Positions 13,608 through 26,811 of a DNA stretch of 64,000 bases are shown here, piece after piece. The notes under the pieces are model-generated. The model had not been told where the DNA came from, searched no databases, and saw only the letters and a program-made list of their open reading frames with translations. The number at the start of each line of letters is the position of its first letter. Within the stretch, counting starts at the first letter, position 1. The translations under genes were made by a program, and so were the position numbers. The DNA lies in assembly GCF_006345805.1 (NCBI RefSeq), contig NC_043011.1, positions 15,698,464 to 15,762,463 of the forward strand. Direction: 5' to 3'. Source of the DNA: Octopus sinensis (lineage: Eukaryota).

Positions 13608-13899
13608 ATTCAACATGGCTGTCCATTCAAATTGACTCTACTGTGATTTTTTTAACCCCAAGAGGACATCTCTTTTAGCTGGTTAACGATGCAGAGCTGC
13701 ATCTGATAAATTGCGAGTAGGGGAGCAAACGCCTACCGCATTCTAGCGATGGGACCAGTAGACCAGAGCTGGTTTCGGGTTATTTCTTCCACTCTTCGGT
13801 ATCGGATGCAGCTCTGCATTGTTATCCAGCTAGAGGATATGTCCTGTTGGGGTTAAAAAATCGCAGTAATGTCTGTTCGAGTGTACAGCCATGTTGAAA
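13608..13899. mobile_element. MITE-like element with ~100-bp terminal inverted repeats
   Basis: TTCAACATGGCTGT..TTTTAACCCCAA..GATGCAGAGCTGCATC mirrored by GATGCAGCTCTGCAT..TTGGGGTTAAAAAA..ACAGCCATGTTGAA. Confidence 0.8.
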
Positions 13900-13906
13900 T
13901 GGCTAC

Positions 13907-14027
<121 letters not shown>

Positions 14028-14102
14028 TATATATATGCGTGTGTATATACATACATACATACACACAATAAGATATTACAATATATTGATAAAATAAAAG
14101 AG

Positions 14103-14285
14103 TATACTACATATATTATAATATAGGTGGCTCGTTAGCTAGGAAACAAGGGTACAAATTTGTACGGGCAATTGCTTGAAATAGGAATCAAAACGACAAG
14201 AAATAGCCATACAGAAGACTAACCTCATTAACTGACAAGCTTTTAAATGCTTACGAGCCATCTATATTATAATATATGTAGTATA
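14103..14285. mobile_element. Small MITE-like element, 37-bp TIRs
   Basis: 14103-14139 TATACTACATATATTATAATATAGGTGGCTCGTTAGC vs 14249-14285 reverse complement, 2 mismatches. Confidence 0.7.
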
Positions 14286-14432
14286 GCTTTTTAATATATT
14301 AATGTATTCTAATATCTGATTGTATTTATATTATACACTTTGACCATTTGGAATTTCTCGCTGGCTTTCAACAGTTTTTTTCATGAATTTTATGAGGTGA
14401 GTCACCCTTTTTAACCTGGCGTGCCAGTGAGT

Positions 14433-14488
14433 TCCTCTGATGAGAACTAAGATTATAATGATCAGAGTTCGAAATCACGTGATAAGGA
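14433..14488 (+). ncRNA. Minimal type-I hammerhead ribozyme with intact core
   Basis: TCCT CTGATGA GAACT aagattataatgatcag AGTTC GAAA TCACGTGAT A AGGA: stem I TCCT/AGGA, stem II GAACT/AGTTC, palindromic stem III ATCACGTGAT, AUA triplet. Confidence 0.75.
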
Positions 14489-15428
14489 TATGCATGTTTA
14501 CTTCATGGGAAGGCGCTTTAGCTTGCTTTCCCGCTTTATTGCTTTGTGTAGCTATTTTAGGTGAATGTGTGAGTGTTTGTATGTGCGAGAGAGTAAGTAT
14601 GTACGTGTGTATACGGCTATTATCATTTCAAGTCAAATGTATACATCGATAAAAAAAAAGTTTGTAGTGGTTATAAAATGAATATCTTAATGAAAATTTT
14701 GGAATATTCAGCACTCGGCCACCATTAAGAAATATTTCCTTACGTAGCTAGTGAGAGAGCTAATTATGAAAATCGAACTCATTCCTTCAGAAAAGTCACA
14801 ATATTAAATGGTTATAAATAGATAAAAGTTATTTCTCTATTCTTGCACATACAGCAGTTAAATATTCCTGTTCAGCTAGAGCTCCTGAGATGCTAGCGAT
14901 TCTGCTGTCGATCCTTCTGGGTTCGCTAAACTAAATACTAGAGCGGTCGATTTTGTGAAATTTTTGGCCTTTTGCCTATATTATTATTGCTAGTACTTTG
15001 GTTCTCATCATTCTGGCATCTATGAAATTTACACCACTCAAATAATGAGTACTTGAGATAAATTGTACTGACGGTCTTTCTGTTATGCCAATAGTCATCA
15101 GAAAAATTGTCAGTTATGAATTGTTTATCGGATGTTAGTCTCCATTTTTATTCATGTTTATTATTTCAATGTCTACATGAAAATACTGTCTTCGTAATAT
15201 AAGCTACACCCGTCACTACCATGTAATTAGCGAAAAGGATTTGTCAGTCTGCGTACACATACATTTACATTCATATATAAATAATCAGTCACATTTACAC
15301 GCCTTTGAATATATTTTTCATGTTTAAACTTTCATTTTCTTCTGTCACAGATTCTCCATCGCTTATTTATCCCTTCGAGATTTTCTCGTCACCTACATAA
15401 CACTTCGTCGGTATAGAAATTAATATAG

Positions 15429-15815
15429 AAATTAATATGAACAATAATTTGCAATGGTTCATCGAAATGGAGATTTACAGATGTTATTAAATGCGACTAG
15501 GGTGTTAGGAAACACCTACATTGCTAGAAATAAGAACTAAACCGCTTTACTGCTGTAATTAACGCATATAAGTGAAAATATATACACTAACAGGGACTTT
15601 TCCGTTGCGTCATTAGTTAAGACAACTCATTAGTTAAGACAACTCGACTTCGCACTTTCCGGACATGCTTCACTGTTAGTATTTATATTTTCGTTAATTG
15701 GATGAATTAGCGTTTCGCTGATGTGTATATATAAAATTAATATGAACAGCAGCTTGCAATGTTTAACCAAAAAGGGCAATTACAAATGTCACTAAATGCG
15801 ACTAGGTTGTTAGGA
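15429..15815. repeat. Two partial copies of an unclassified interspersed repeat (third copy at 56400-56650)
   Basis: AATTAATATGAACA..TTGCAATG..AAATGCGACTAGG.TGTTAGGAAA at 15429 and 15733; 15495-15640 aligns with 56462-56646, including the hammerhead remnant GTTGCGTCATTAGTTAAGA. Confidence 0.65.
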
Positions 15816-16199
15816 AATGTCACAGAAAACATCTCTTTGAAGAAGTTGCTGGGGTTTGGCTAGAAAGTTGACAGGCACCCTCAGCCTTCAGTGTTTCCTC
15901 TGTTTTGCGTCTTCACAATTCACTGAATGGACAGACATTCAACTCTGGAGTGGATGTAAGGGGAATAATGGATCAGTCAATAGGGTAGCAAAAGATACTG
16001 ATACAAAACGATAGTTATATCTCTGACTGAAATAATAGGTTTCTGCTTAAAACCTTAATCTTATTTTTACTTGAAAAACACGAACTTTTTGGCCAATCCA
16101 GTCATTTTTCACAAACATCATACATTTTAACTATTTTTTTATATTGCTTTCATAGCATAAAGACGCGGTTGCGAATGTAACCTTTGTTTACGTTTTTAA

Positions 16200-16900
16200 C
16201 TCCTGTTTTTAGTTAGTTGTTCACGAAATGACGAGAGTCTTCTCACATCCGACAACTTTTCCTATGACAGCTGCTCCCTTCTTCTTCTGGTGAGGTTTAT
16301 ACTGATTTTCTAATAGGATGAATCTCGGCCCAATAAGAGACATTGTATTCTCTAATTTTCTTGCAGTGAATTCCTTTGCTATATGAAATTGTCAAAAATG
16401 AGAGTATTCGTTTCTCTCTATATAATGCAGAGAGTTTTATTCACTGCATTTAATAATTTCTTCGTCACATAGCATTTCGGAGACAGGTAGCCAAGTCACT
16501 GAAGGCAACAAAAGCACTAAAGCTAGTCGACTATTTCGTGTAACTGGTGTTCTCTAACCTACTATCATATGTACTTAAAAGTGACAGATATCAGGCCAAG
16601 GTTTTAAAGTTCTTGGCTCATGTTCATTTTCATAATCAACAATCGATTACGAAACATTACGAATGAAAAACCACTTCTTCGGGGGATGATCATTGCCATT
16701 TTTGAAAAATGTTGGAAGCAAGCCATAAATTTAATTCTTAAGTCTCCAAATGGTACCCGAACATAGTTTAATCGATAGTTGCCCAAATTTTGAATGATTT
16801 TGTTCTTCAAATTACATGCATTGCTGGCAAAGGATCTTGATATATATTTACTGTACACACTATAACGATCCACTGGAGTGTATAACATCAATATTTCAAT
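16200..16900 (-). pseudogene. Possible highly decayed Gypsy-type RT/RNase H remnant
   Basis: LGNYRLNYVRVPFGDL resembles the G-x-Y-x-x-x-R-x-PFGL motif of Gypsy RT; other motifs are only weakly discernible. Confidence 0.3.
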
Positions 16901-17139
16901 AGGTCACTCAAGAATATGTTCAAAGCATTTATGCCTATTGGTTTCGTTTTGTTTCTTATGCAGGTAAAATTTTCCCCGAGCAAGAAAGATATAAAACTTG
17001 ATTAAACGTTTCAAAATATGGAAATTCGTGACATATTTCTTCCTTCAGATGTAGAGAGGTTTTCGCCTTCGGCCGTTTGAATTTAACGTGTCACCTATAC
17101 TGCTAAGCGGATTATGGTTGCAAAACCGATAGTCAGTCT

Positions 17140-19140
17140 ATGATCAGCCGTAACATTTATCTTATGTTTATCATTAGTGCTCTTGATATATCCTTCATTA
17201 ATGCCCTTATTCCTGTTTCGAATACTGCTATTAATGAAATTTTCAGTATTTTGAAAATTACTCATAATATTTTTGTCACCTATATTATTACTTTTATCAG
17301 AATTATTTGGACGGGCTTGATTATTTTCTTCTTTACTATTGCAATCCTTATTTTCTTTACCCCAACTAATGATGATAATGATCTCCTGCTTTATCTTCCT
17401 ATTATTGAGTTTATAAATGTGGTATTCTAAGTTATTATATATGCCGTACGATAATTACACCGTATGTCTCTTAAAAATATTTTGGCATTTATATAGATCT
17501 AAGAAAGTGCCTATCTAATGCAGCAAAGAAGTCTCTAGCAGTATTGGATGATACATGCAATCCGAAAATTGGATTATACCACGAAACATTGTCTTTTGTA
17601 TACTTGTTGTCCGGGTTATTATGACTAGTATAATCTGTAATAGAGTCACTATCAAAGAAATTAGAGTTAGGCTTATAATTAATATTTAGATTAGCTCTAT
17701 TTTCCATTTAGTTTCATTTATTGTGCTCTTTCTTCTCTTTCTTGAGTTGAGACGAACACGTTCATCTCTTTCGTATGTATAATTTTTTGTACTAAATTAT
17801 ATTTTAGTCCTATTACTCGTGTTATGTGGAGGCGCGAATAGCACAGTGGTTAGGGCAGGGGACTCGCGGTCATAGGATCGCGGTTTCGATTCTCAGACCG
17901 GGCGTTGTGATTTTTTATTGAGCGAAAATACCTAAAGCTCCACGAGGCTCCGGCAGGGGATGGTTGTGAATCCTGCTGTACTCATTCACCACAACTTTCT
18001 CTCACTCTTTCTTCCTGTTTCTGTTGTACCTGTATTTCAAAGGGCCAGCCTTGTCACACCCTGTGTCATGCTGAATCTCCCCGAGAAATATGTTAAGGGT
18101 ACACGTAACTGTGGAGTGCACAGCCACTTGTACGTTAATTTCATAAGCAGGCTGTTCCGTTGATTGGATCAACTAGAACCCACGTTGTCGTAACCGACGG
18201 TGTGCCACTGTTGTTGCTATATACATTGATGAGATAATTTTTACGTATGTAAAATATAATTTGTGCTACCTAATGCTACATTGTTACAATATAATGTGCT
18301 TGCAAGCTAAATATAATTTCATTTGCCGAAAGTTGATATATCTGATTGGATAAATTATTTATAATTCCCTTTATGATAGAGAGAGGGTGGCTATATTTTT
18401 ACTAACATACCTTACATTTTTGTTCGGTTTATGGCATGGTTCAAATAATTCGGTATCCACACTGAATGCTACACGAAGGAAAATTATCTTACAGCAATTA
18501 TTTTCTTAAGTAAAATATACTCTGAAATTTTTGAAGAATTTAAATAGTCATTCCTTATATCTCTCCATTTCTATTTTACTACATCCATCTAATATGAAGA
18601 GAGCGTCATCCATGTATAGACCACCTTTCGAAGCTTTGAGAACTAGGATTTCATCTGGAATAAGTTTTATATTTCTACGAGATCAGTGACTTGCGCTCAG
18701 TTGTTTGATCCCACTGCTATGTCCAAACAGTCAACCCTATCATATTTTGTCCACAGTCTGTTATCGAAATCCATTAAAGTGCTATGGGTGGCTGATATTA
18801 TATCGATATCTGTTATAGAAAAATCATAGCACAATTTAGACCCTTATTCATAAGTGATGGATTAATATTAGATATATCCATCACTGGATTAATAATACTC
18901 TAATCATTTGAATCATCTAATAACCTCCAGTATGTCTGACCATAGTGCGAGTTTAATCTTAGATCTATGGTTCGGTAGTATTCTATCAAAAGCATATTTA
19001 CTATACCTACATATATCCTACTCGATGGAGCAACCCTAAACCTAAATAGTCAAGGAGTAGGGTTAATATCAAAATGAATCTTGTGGTCTTTGTAATTTAA
19101 GTCTATTTTGGGGGTGAAAAGTATATGTCTCGGCTCTATC
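17140..19140 (-). mobile_element. Decayed Penelope-like element (Naiad-like), RT through thumb/linker, interrupted by a SINE
   Basis: Frameshifted minus-strand translation gives KDHKIHFDINPTP, MDISNINPS, DIAVGSN, GGLYMDDALF, EPCHKPNKNVRYV, then beyond the SINE WYNPIFGLHVSSNTARDFFAALDRHF and NIFKRHTV*LSY, colinear with the element at 23846. Confidence 0.8.
17826..18217 (+). mobile_element. SINE with group A head/core and a second type of tail, inserted into the PLE
   Basis: GTGGAGGCGC..GTGGTTAGGGCAG..GGTTTCGATTCTCAGACCGGGCG..CCACAACTTTCTCTCACTC, then an unrelated tail ending GTCGTAACCGACGGTGTGCCACTGTTGTTG. Confidence 0.85.
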
Positions 19141-20981
19141 TTCTTTTCTAAGTTCAATGACTATTTTAAAGCCCTTCCTTTTGACACTAGTTAATCCACA
19201 CACACACAAACGCACACGCGCGCAAGCACATATGTTTATACTGAACACGGCTACTCAAAATCCAATGTGATTAGATAAGTGAACTGGAACTTTTGAACCG
19301 TAGTAATATCATCTCAGAATGTGGTAATACCACATCAGAATATAATTATGAAACCAATGAACATATGTTCTACGGAAATTGTTATCACACTCTATAATAT
19401 TGCACGTAATTAATGTAGAATACCGTCATTGATCTTTAGCATAAAAGTAATTACTCGCCTGATTATAAATAGGTTTCTAGTGCTTACGAGCTCTTCCTAC
19501 ATATATCACACAGGTGGGAGATTGAACGAATCAGACACATGAGCTTGCAGTATTTTGTTGTGGCTCTTAAACTTCTAATTTCTTATCCAGCTGAGGCTAT
19601 AATTCTCTCTCATCCTTATGGGCGCGATGAAATAAAGCTAAAGCATCCGTCATGTATTGGATTTGACATAATTATCTATATCCCTCCTTCGAATGCAAAG
19701 AACGGTCATGTATTCGAAATCAAGTTTGTCAGTAATATTCACCTTCTTTTGCTAATTTATCTTCCTCCTCACCACATCAGTCCCCTCCATTCCTTTATGA
19801 CAAAGAACACCGATTTCATTATTGTATCATTTTACTGTATAATGTCGAAATAAGAAAGTATATAAATACTAGTAATGCATCCCGGTGTTGCCCGGGTGTT
19901 GTGACCTACAAGCACATTGTATTATTTGCTCCTTTCTTAATTGGCAGATTTGGCACAGCTAATTTATAGTTAATGGAATAATGGAAGTTATTTTTTGTTT
20001 AATAGTGAAGGGTGAGGGTACAATTCACTTGGGATTGCATGAAAGTGCTTCCCGTATATATGAAGGATCAGAAACTATTTATTGTTTCATCATATAAAAG
20101 GGGGTTAAGACGATTTTGTTCAGAAATCACGTTTCCAAAATTTTAATTTCCCGCTATTCCCACCAGAATTTTTTAATTTGTAACATTTTTCAATTTTTTT
20201 TTGTTATCTACGTAAAAAATTCAGAGATTACGAATCTGGGAAATATATATAGAGAGTTTAATTTTTCTTATAGAAACACTCAATGCTCCTTCCCCCACCT
20301 TGCCCACCCATCATCTACCAGCTTTCAAAATGCTAAAATTTCTCGATCTTTCACTTTTGTCTGATGTTTCTCGCATGCGTAGAATTCTACTGAAATAGTA
20401 GGCTTAAAAATACCAGACCACCATCAGAAAACCCGACATGCTAGATACAACAAGTAAACGACATTATTTCTGCAGAAACTTCCCTGTTTACCAAAAAGTT
20501 AAAAATAAAACATTGAGAGTCTGTAGTTTTTTGATTGTGATGAGGTGATGGGTAAAATTCTTAAAGATTCGTACTCTGTTTTTTCTCCAAGAATAAAAAT
20601 TTGAAAAAAGTAAAAGATTAATTTGGTGTGGAGAGGGAGAAAATTAAATTATTGAGAATGTGCTTTGTGAGTGAAATCCTAAACTCCTGTGTGGCGAAGA
20701 CATTTAGGAAAAAAATAAATTGAGGAAGAAATGTCACCTCGGACATGCTAAAAGGAAGATTTAAAGGACAGGATTTCTGGGAAAACTTCCTTTTAAGTTT
20801 GTATCGATGATCAGGATTTTAAATACGCTCATCATAAACACAAATTAAACACAAAATATCATTTCAATTGGGTCTAAGATCTAAATTTGCACGTGCACAC
20901 TGCAAGAAGTTGCCGATGTTATTTTAGTTGTAAAAAAGAGTTATTGAATGAAAAACATAGTTTATTAGGTAGATAGATAAT

Positions 20982-21398
20982 AGGCGCAGGAGTGGCTGCG
21001 TGGTAAGTAGCTTGCTAACCAACCACATGGTTCCGGGTTCAGTCCCACTGCGTGGCATCTTGGGCAACTGTCTTCTGCTATAGCCCCGGGCCGACCAATG
21101 CCTTGTGAGTGGATTTGGTAGACGGAAACCGAAAGAAGCCTGTCGTATATATGTATATATATATAAGTGTGTGTGTATATGTTTGTGTGTCTGTATTTGT
21201 CCCCCTAGCATTGCTTGACAACCGATGCTGGTGTGTTTACGTCCCCGTCACTTAGCGGTTCGGCAAAAGAGACCGATAGAATAAGTACTGGGCTTACAAA
21301 GAATAAGTCCCGGGGTCGATTTGCTCGACTAAATGCGGTGCTCCAGCATGGCCGCAGTCAAATGACTGAAACAAATAAAAGAGTAAAGAGTAAGAGTA
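20982..21398 (+). mobile_element. tRNA-derived SINE, group B (full length)
   Basis: AGGCGCAGGAGTGGCTGCGTGGTAAG..GGTTCCGGGTTCAGTCCC..GAAACAAATAAAAGAGTAAAGAGTAAGAG. Confidence 0.92.
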
Positions 21399-21658
21399 AG
21401 CAGTGTTCTTTATTGTAATACATATGTTTCGGAGACACTTTGCAGTCATTATTCACATATCGTCATTGTAGTAATGCAACACCTTTTAACTTTGGTACAA
21501 ATTGAAATTGTGTAACTATTTTCATTTTGTAATGAAACCTGGTCGTTGTAGAGAAGTGTATTTCGAATAACTATTGCTTGTTATTGAGATAACGTAGAAA
21601 ATATGTAAATGAAAATAAAGTTTATTTGACATGTGTAATTGATTTCATTTGTCTCGAA

Positions 21659-21852
21659 AGCGGTGAGCTGGCAGAATTGTTAGCATGCCGGGCAAAATGC
21701 TTGAGCGATATTTCGCCTCTCTTTACGTTCTGATTTCAAATGCTGCCGGGGTCAACTTTGCCTTTCATCTTTTCGGGGTCATTAAATTAAGTACCAGTGA
21801 AACACTGTAGTCTATGTCTTCGACTCACGAAATTTCAGGCCTTGTGTCTATA
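21659..21852 (+). mobile_element. tRNA-derived SINE, group C (diverged)
   Basis: GCGGTGAGCTGGCAGAA head, GTTCTGATTTCAAAT B box, core GGTCAACTTTGCCTTTCATCTTTTCGGGGTC..AAGTACCAG, tail GAAATTTCAGGCCTTGTG. Confidence 0.8.
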
Positions 21853-21854
21853 TT

Positions 21855-22160
21855 AAAAATGATTTGATCGTTCCGATATCAACATCAGTTGGTAAGAATA
21901 GAAGTCATTTGACGACATCCTTTTGTTTGTAATTGGGTATTGTGTTGCAGGTTCAATCCGACGAATAACCAAATAATACCCATCTTGTCCATTCCACAGA
22001 ATAAGATTATACTGGAGAGCATCATAAGAGGGATGAGTCTGTGAAATATGTTTAAGTTTGCTATCTTGAACACGAACGAGAATATCATCATTTTTAATGG
22101 GATCACCAACCATAAGGATGGCTACTTCATTTGATGTGGGCTCATTAAAACAGTATAAAA
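21855..22160 (-). pseudogene. Helitron RepHel protein fragment (region N-terminal to the Rep motifs)
   Basis: FNEPTSNEVAILMVGDP..ISQTHPSYDALQYNLILWNGQDGY..KRMSSNDFYSYQLM matches the typical Helitron H-x-SYDALQYPL..G-x-DGY motif. Confidence 0.85.
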
Positions 22161-23386
22161 TGTTCTTTATAGTTTACTATACACATAACGAACGCAGAAA
22201 CACACACATAAACACACTCATAGAATTGATAAAATTGAAAAGAGCAAAACGTACACACACGAAGTTCAAGCGAAACGAAAAGTACTCAATATAGGCGCAA
22301 AACATACTTTCTGTATCATAGTTATTCTATAAAAAATGAAAGTCACCAATTTAGAAAAAGTTAGTGTGAGTCACCAATGTAAGAAAATCCAGGAAGTCAA
22401 CGTTTACTTGGAACATGTACTAAATGTTAAAAAATTCATAATTGAATGAATGTCACGGTGAAGTAAGTGAAAGCCCAAGAAAATTCAGAAGGTGCAATTC
22501 AATTTCTCATTCAAAAATAATTTATTTTTCAATTTTGAAACGAACGCTGAAGATGCTGTTTTTGAACTGCGTAACATTATATGCTGTAGATTAAATACTG
22601 AGTAATGCAGTAAAAAGTTTGTGTAACGTTGATACTCACTGTGATGAAGAAGACAAGGACTGTTAAAACATTATCTTAAAACTGGTTAGAAGGAGTGAAA
22701 TAAGATTTCTGCAATTATACTGAAAGAGCCACTTTGGCTTTCTCCTTAGCCAAGTTTTCGAATTTGTTATAATAACCAGAATATATTTTTTGGTCAGATA
22801 TAGTTGCGAGTATTACGAGTAGTGCTAATTCGGCCAAATATGTATGTTGGTAGTACTTGAAAGTGAACGTTGTTGTTTGTTTGAAGTCCAGGATGCATGT
22901 AAACTTTCAATATCAGGTAATTTCACTGGGGGCGGGGAAGTTACATACATAAACTAAGACACACATACACACGTACATTAACACACACCTGAAGCCTCTT
23001 TCTGTCCCTTTGTGTGTCTTTCTCTGTCTTTAGATATGTGTGTGTGTCAGTCATCCCAAAAATGCATGTGCACTGACAGACACACATACCATCACACGCA
23101 TATTTGTCAGTTATCGGACGGACGTAGGTAACGGACGTGCGAACACAGTCATATAGAAAATGTGACGACATCGTCATTGAGGTGGTGATATAGAATGTCG
23201 TTTACGATAGGTGACTAAAAGAAAAAAATGATAATGTTAAATTTTTGCATTATAAATATGTGAATGAAAATATAGTGTAGTTGGTAGCCAAAAGCTTACT
23301 GAATCTTTTGATACCCTTACGTTCAAATCGGCAATCGGTTTTGGAATTGATAAGAAACATACGCACACACACACACACACTCAAAC

Positions 23387-23424
<38 letters not shown>

Positions 23425-23845
23425 ACAAACTCTCTTTTATAGTTATAGATAATCAGAGGGAAATTGATAAATTGTAAAGGAGCAGGATGAACATTAAAAA
23501 TATACATCATAGATAAAAACTACAAAAAGAACAAGGTACGACATTTAAAACAGGAAAAATTACTCGAGGTAAATCGGGTATTTCATGCAGAGAATTAACA
23601 AGTATTGAAATTTCAGCATAAGCAGTGAAGTTGCAAAAGAGTAGCAGAAATACTGATAAGAAAAGTATATTTTAAGAGAAATATCAGTTAACGATTTGCA
23701 ATTATATGTATGCATATATATATATATATGTATGTGTATATATATATATATATATTTACACACACACACCACACATATATATATGTATATATATATATAT
23801 ATTATATATATTATATTATATATATATATATATATATATAATATA

Positions 23846-25377
23846 TCTGACATCGGATCCGTCAGCAAGAAGATCCTGGACAGGATTTTACCAAAAATGC
23901 GTGAAGCTTCACCCCTTCCACTCTGGAATAGGACCTCCGAGGCAATAACCTGGTTCCAGGATTTACCTGATAAAAGCAACACCCGATTCCTACAACTGGA
24001 TATCGAGGATTACTACGCCTCCATATCGGAGAGCTTGCTGATCGACGCGATTAACTTCGCCAGGAGGTCTTCCACCATCACCGAGGTCGAGCAAGATGTG
24101 ATACTCCACGCACGTAAGACTTTTCTTTTCTATGACGGATCCCACTGGATCAACAAAAAATCTGTGACCCCCTTCGACGTCAGCATGGGTGCTAACGACT
24201 CTGCTGAAATAAGTGACCTAGTGGGCCTTTTCATCCTCCATAGGCTGAAAACCCTATTCACAGGCCTCTCCGGTGGTCTTTACCGCGATGACGGCCTTTT
24301 CGCCCTCCACAAAGTAAACCCCAGGACCACGGATGGGTTCCGGAAAAATCTTTACACCTTCTTTAAAAACTTAGGCTTAGGATTACCTTAGAATCCAACT
24401 TAACTAAAGCTAACTTCCTTGATGTCACCCTCGACTTAAAAACCTCACTTTATTACCCGTACCACAAACCGAATGAATCCCTTAAATATATAGATATTAA
24501 TTAACACCCCCCAAAATATATTAGATAACCTAGTAAAAAGTGTCTCAATTAGAATTCTAGCCTGTCCGCCACGGAAGATATCTTTAAGGCCGCAGCCCCC
24601 TATTACAACGAGGCCCTGGCCGTAGTGGCTTCAAAGATAAGATTACCTATACTAGTATAGCCTCACGCCAACCCAGGAAAAATAGACGAAGACACATTAG
24701 CTGGTACAACCCCCCTTCAACCGTGAGGTCGCTACACCTGTAGCTAAAATCTTCTTCACTCTCCTACAGAAACACTTCCCCACCCAACATAAGTACTACA
24801 CTATCCTAAATAAGAACACTATTAGACTCTCCTACTCTACCACGCCCAATCTAGCCAGGACCTAGCCAACAACAATGTGAAAAAACTTAACATACCTACT
24901 TTTTCCGAGGCCCATCCAACGTCCGATAGCAATTGCAACTGCCCTGATAAAACTACCTGCCCCCTCAACAACAACTGCCTACAGAGGGACCTAGTATATA
25001 CATGCGAGGTAAAATCAGGCCCTGACGATAAAAGAAAATCCTACATAGGAATGACGTCAAACAGCTTTAAGACCCGTTGGTACGCAACAACACACTCGTT
25101 CCGGCGACAGGATAAATCCAACCAAACTACCCTCGCCGCCCACATCTGGTACCTTAAAAGGAATTCCATCCCCTTCAAGACCAAGTGGAAACTACTACAG
25201 AAGGCGCGCTCGTACACAGGAGGCCATACCTGCTGTGACCTCTGCATATCGGAGAGCCTAGAGATCTTGTTCGCCAAAGGCCCTCTCCTTAACAAAATCT
25301 CAGAACACTCCCCAAATTGTATGCATAAGAAGTATGCGAACTACAAGAACTATAGACCTACCCGGCAACCAGATTGA
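23846..25377 (+). pseudogene. Penelope-like element ORF (RT + Cys linker + GIY-YIG endonuclease), Naiad-like, 5'-truncated and frameshifted
   Basis: QLDIEDYYASI, FDVSMGANDSAEISDLVG, GLYRDDGL, NFLDVTLDL, WYNPP, SNCNCPDKTTCPLNNNCL, LVY..YIG..FKTRW, CDLC, LLNKISE. Several frameshifts/stops between 24391 and 24877. Clade assignment is from remembered motifs. Confidence 0.93.
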
Positions 25378-25479
25378 TGACACCCCACCCACAAAACCCC
25401 CCCAATCCCACCGTTCCCCTAGCACCCCCGATTACCTTTTCTCCTAAGACCTTTCACATATTGTATGTGCACGCTTGTA

Positions 25480-25634
25480 GATGTGTATCGTATATATGTA
25501 TAGAAATGTATGGGTATAGTAGGATTATACGCATGTATTATGTGTGTGTGTGCGTGTATGTATGTAAAAAAATATATATGTGTGTATATGTATATATATA
25601 TATATATGTATGTGTGTATGTATATATATATATA

Positions 25635-25677
<43 letters not shown>

Positions 25678-25705
25678 GTGTATATATGTATATATATGTA
25701 TGTGC

Positions 25706-25736
<31 letters not shown>

Positions 25737-25922
25737 TAGATGTATGTATGTATATATGTATATTTGTGTGTATGCATATGTATGTGTATATGTATGTGTG
25801 TATGTATATATGTGTGTAAGTGTGTGTATATATGTAAATGTAAGTGTGTGTGCTTGTATGAGAATGTATGTATGTTTGCACACATGTATATATATGTGTG
25901 TGTATGTGTGTGTGTATGTATA

Positions 25923-25967
<45 letters not shown>

Positions 25968-26224
25968 ACATATATATATATATATGTGTGTATGTATGTG
26001 TATGTATATATATGTGTACGTGAGTGTGTGTGTATACATGTGTGTAGGTGTATGTATGTATGTATATATATGCGTGTGCATGGGTATATGTATATGTACA
26101 TATGCGCGTACGCTCGTGTGTTTATGTATGTGTAGGTACGTAGAGTTATCTATGTGTGTATTTATATGTACATGTGTAAGTATGTGTATATATATGTATG
26201 TACGTGTATGTATATGTATGTGTA

Positions 26225-26285
<61 letters not shown>

Positions 26286-26591
26286 GTGTATGTGTATATG
26301 TAGGTGTATGTGTGTATGTATATATTTATATATATGTGTGTGTATGTATGTGTGTGTGTATATATATGTTTGTATATATATAATATATATATATAGATAT
26401 ATATATCTATGTGTGTAAGTTTATTATATGTATGTATCCGTCTATATAATAGGTAACTGCACGTACATATACTTAATATTTATTTTTTGAGTATGCATGT
26501 ATGAATAACTGCGTGTATAAATATTTACTATTTACTTATTTTTTGAGTATGCATGTAGTATGATATATATGTGTATATATATGTATATATA

Positions 26592-26637
<46 letters not shown>

Positions 26638-26772
26638 TATTTGTACATGTATGTATTTGTATGTAGGTGTACATGTATGTATGTGTGTGTATTTATATTT
26701 ATGGGTGTATATGTATAGACTAGCCTTCTAAGAGTGTAGACATGAATCTGTAGGTACGCGTATATATATATG

Positions 26773-26811
<39 letters not shown>

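Larger units (their letters stand above)
19869..23449 (-). mobile_element. Probable internally deleted Helitron
   Basis: Minus strand: 5' A|TCTATAACTATAAAAGAG followed by a (GT)n tract at 23449; 3' hairpin CCCGG gcaaca CCGGG then CTAG|T at 19869; Rep-region coding fragment on the same strand. That both ends belong to one element is inferred. Confidence 0.6.

Noticed and set aside
22540-22630. CTGAAGA motif; similar isolated cores at 8455, 29784, 44097, 55159 and 55337
   Set aside because: No compatible stems I-III.
25377-25470. Selenocysteine recoding/SECIS, as reported for some Naiad elements
   Set aside because: No in-frame TGA at Cys positions in the two long ORFs, and the ATGA..AAAA segment after the stop is C-rich with no complementary strand for a SECIS helix.
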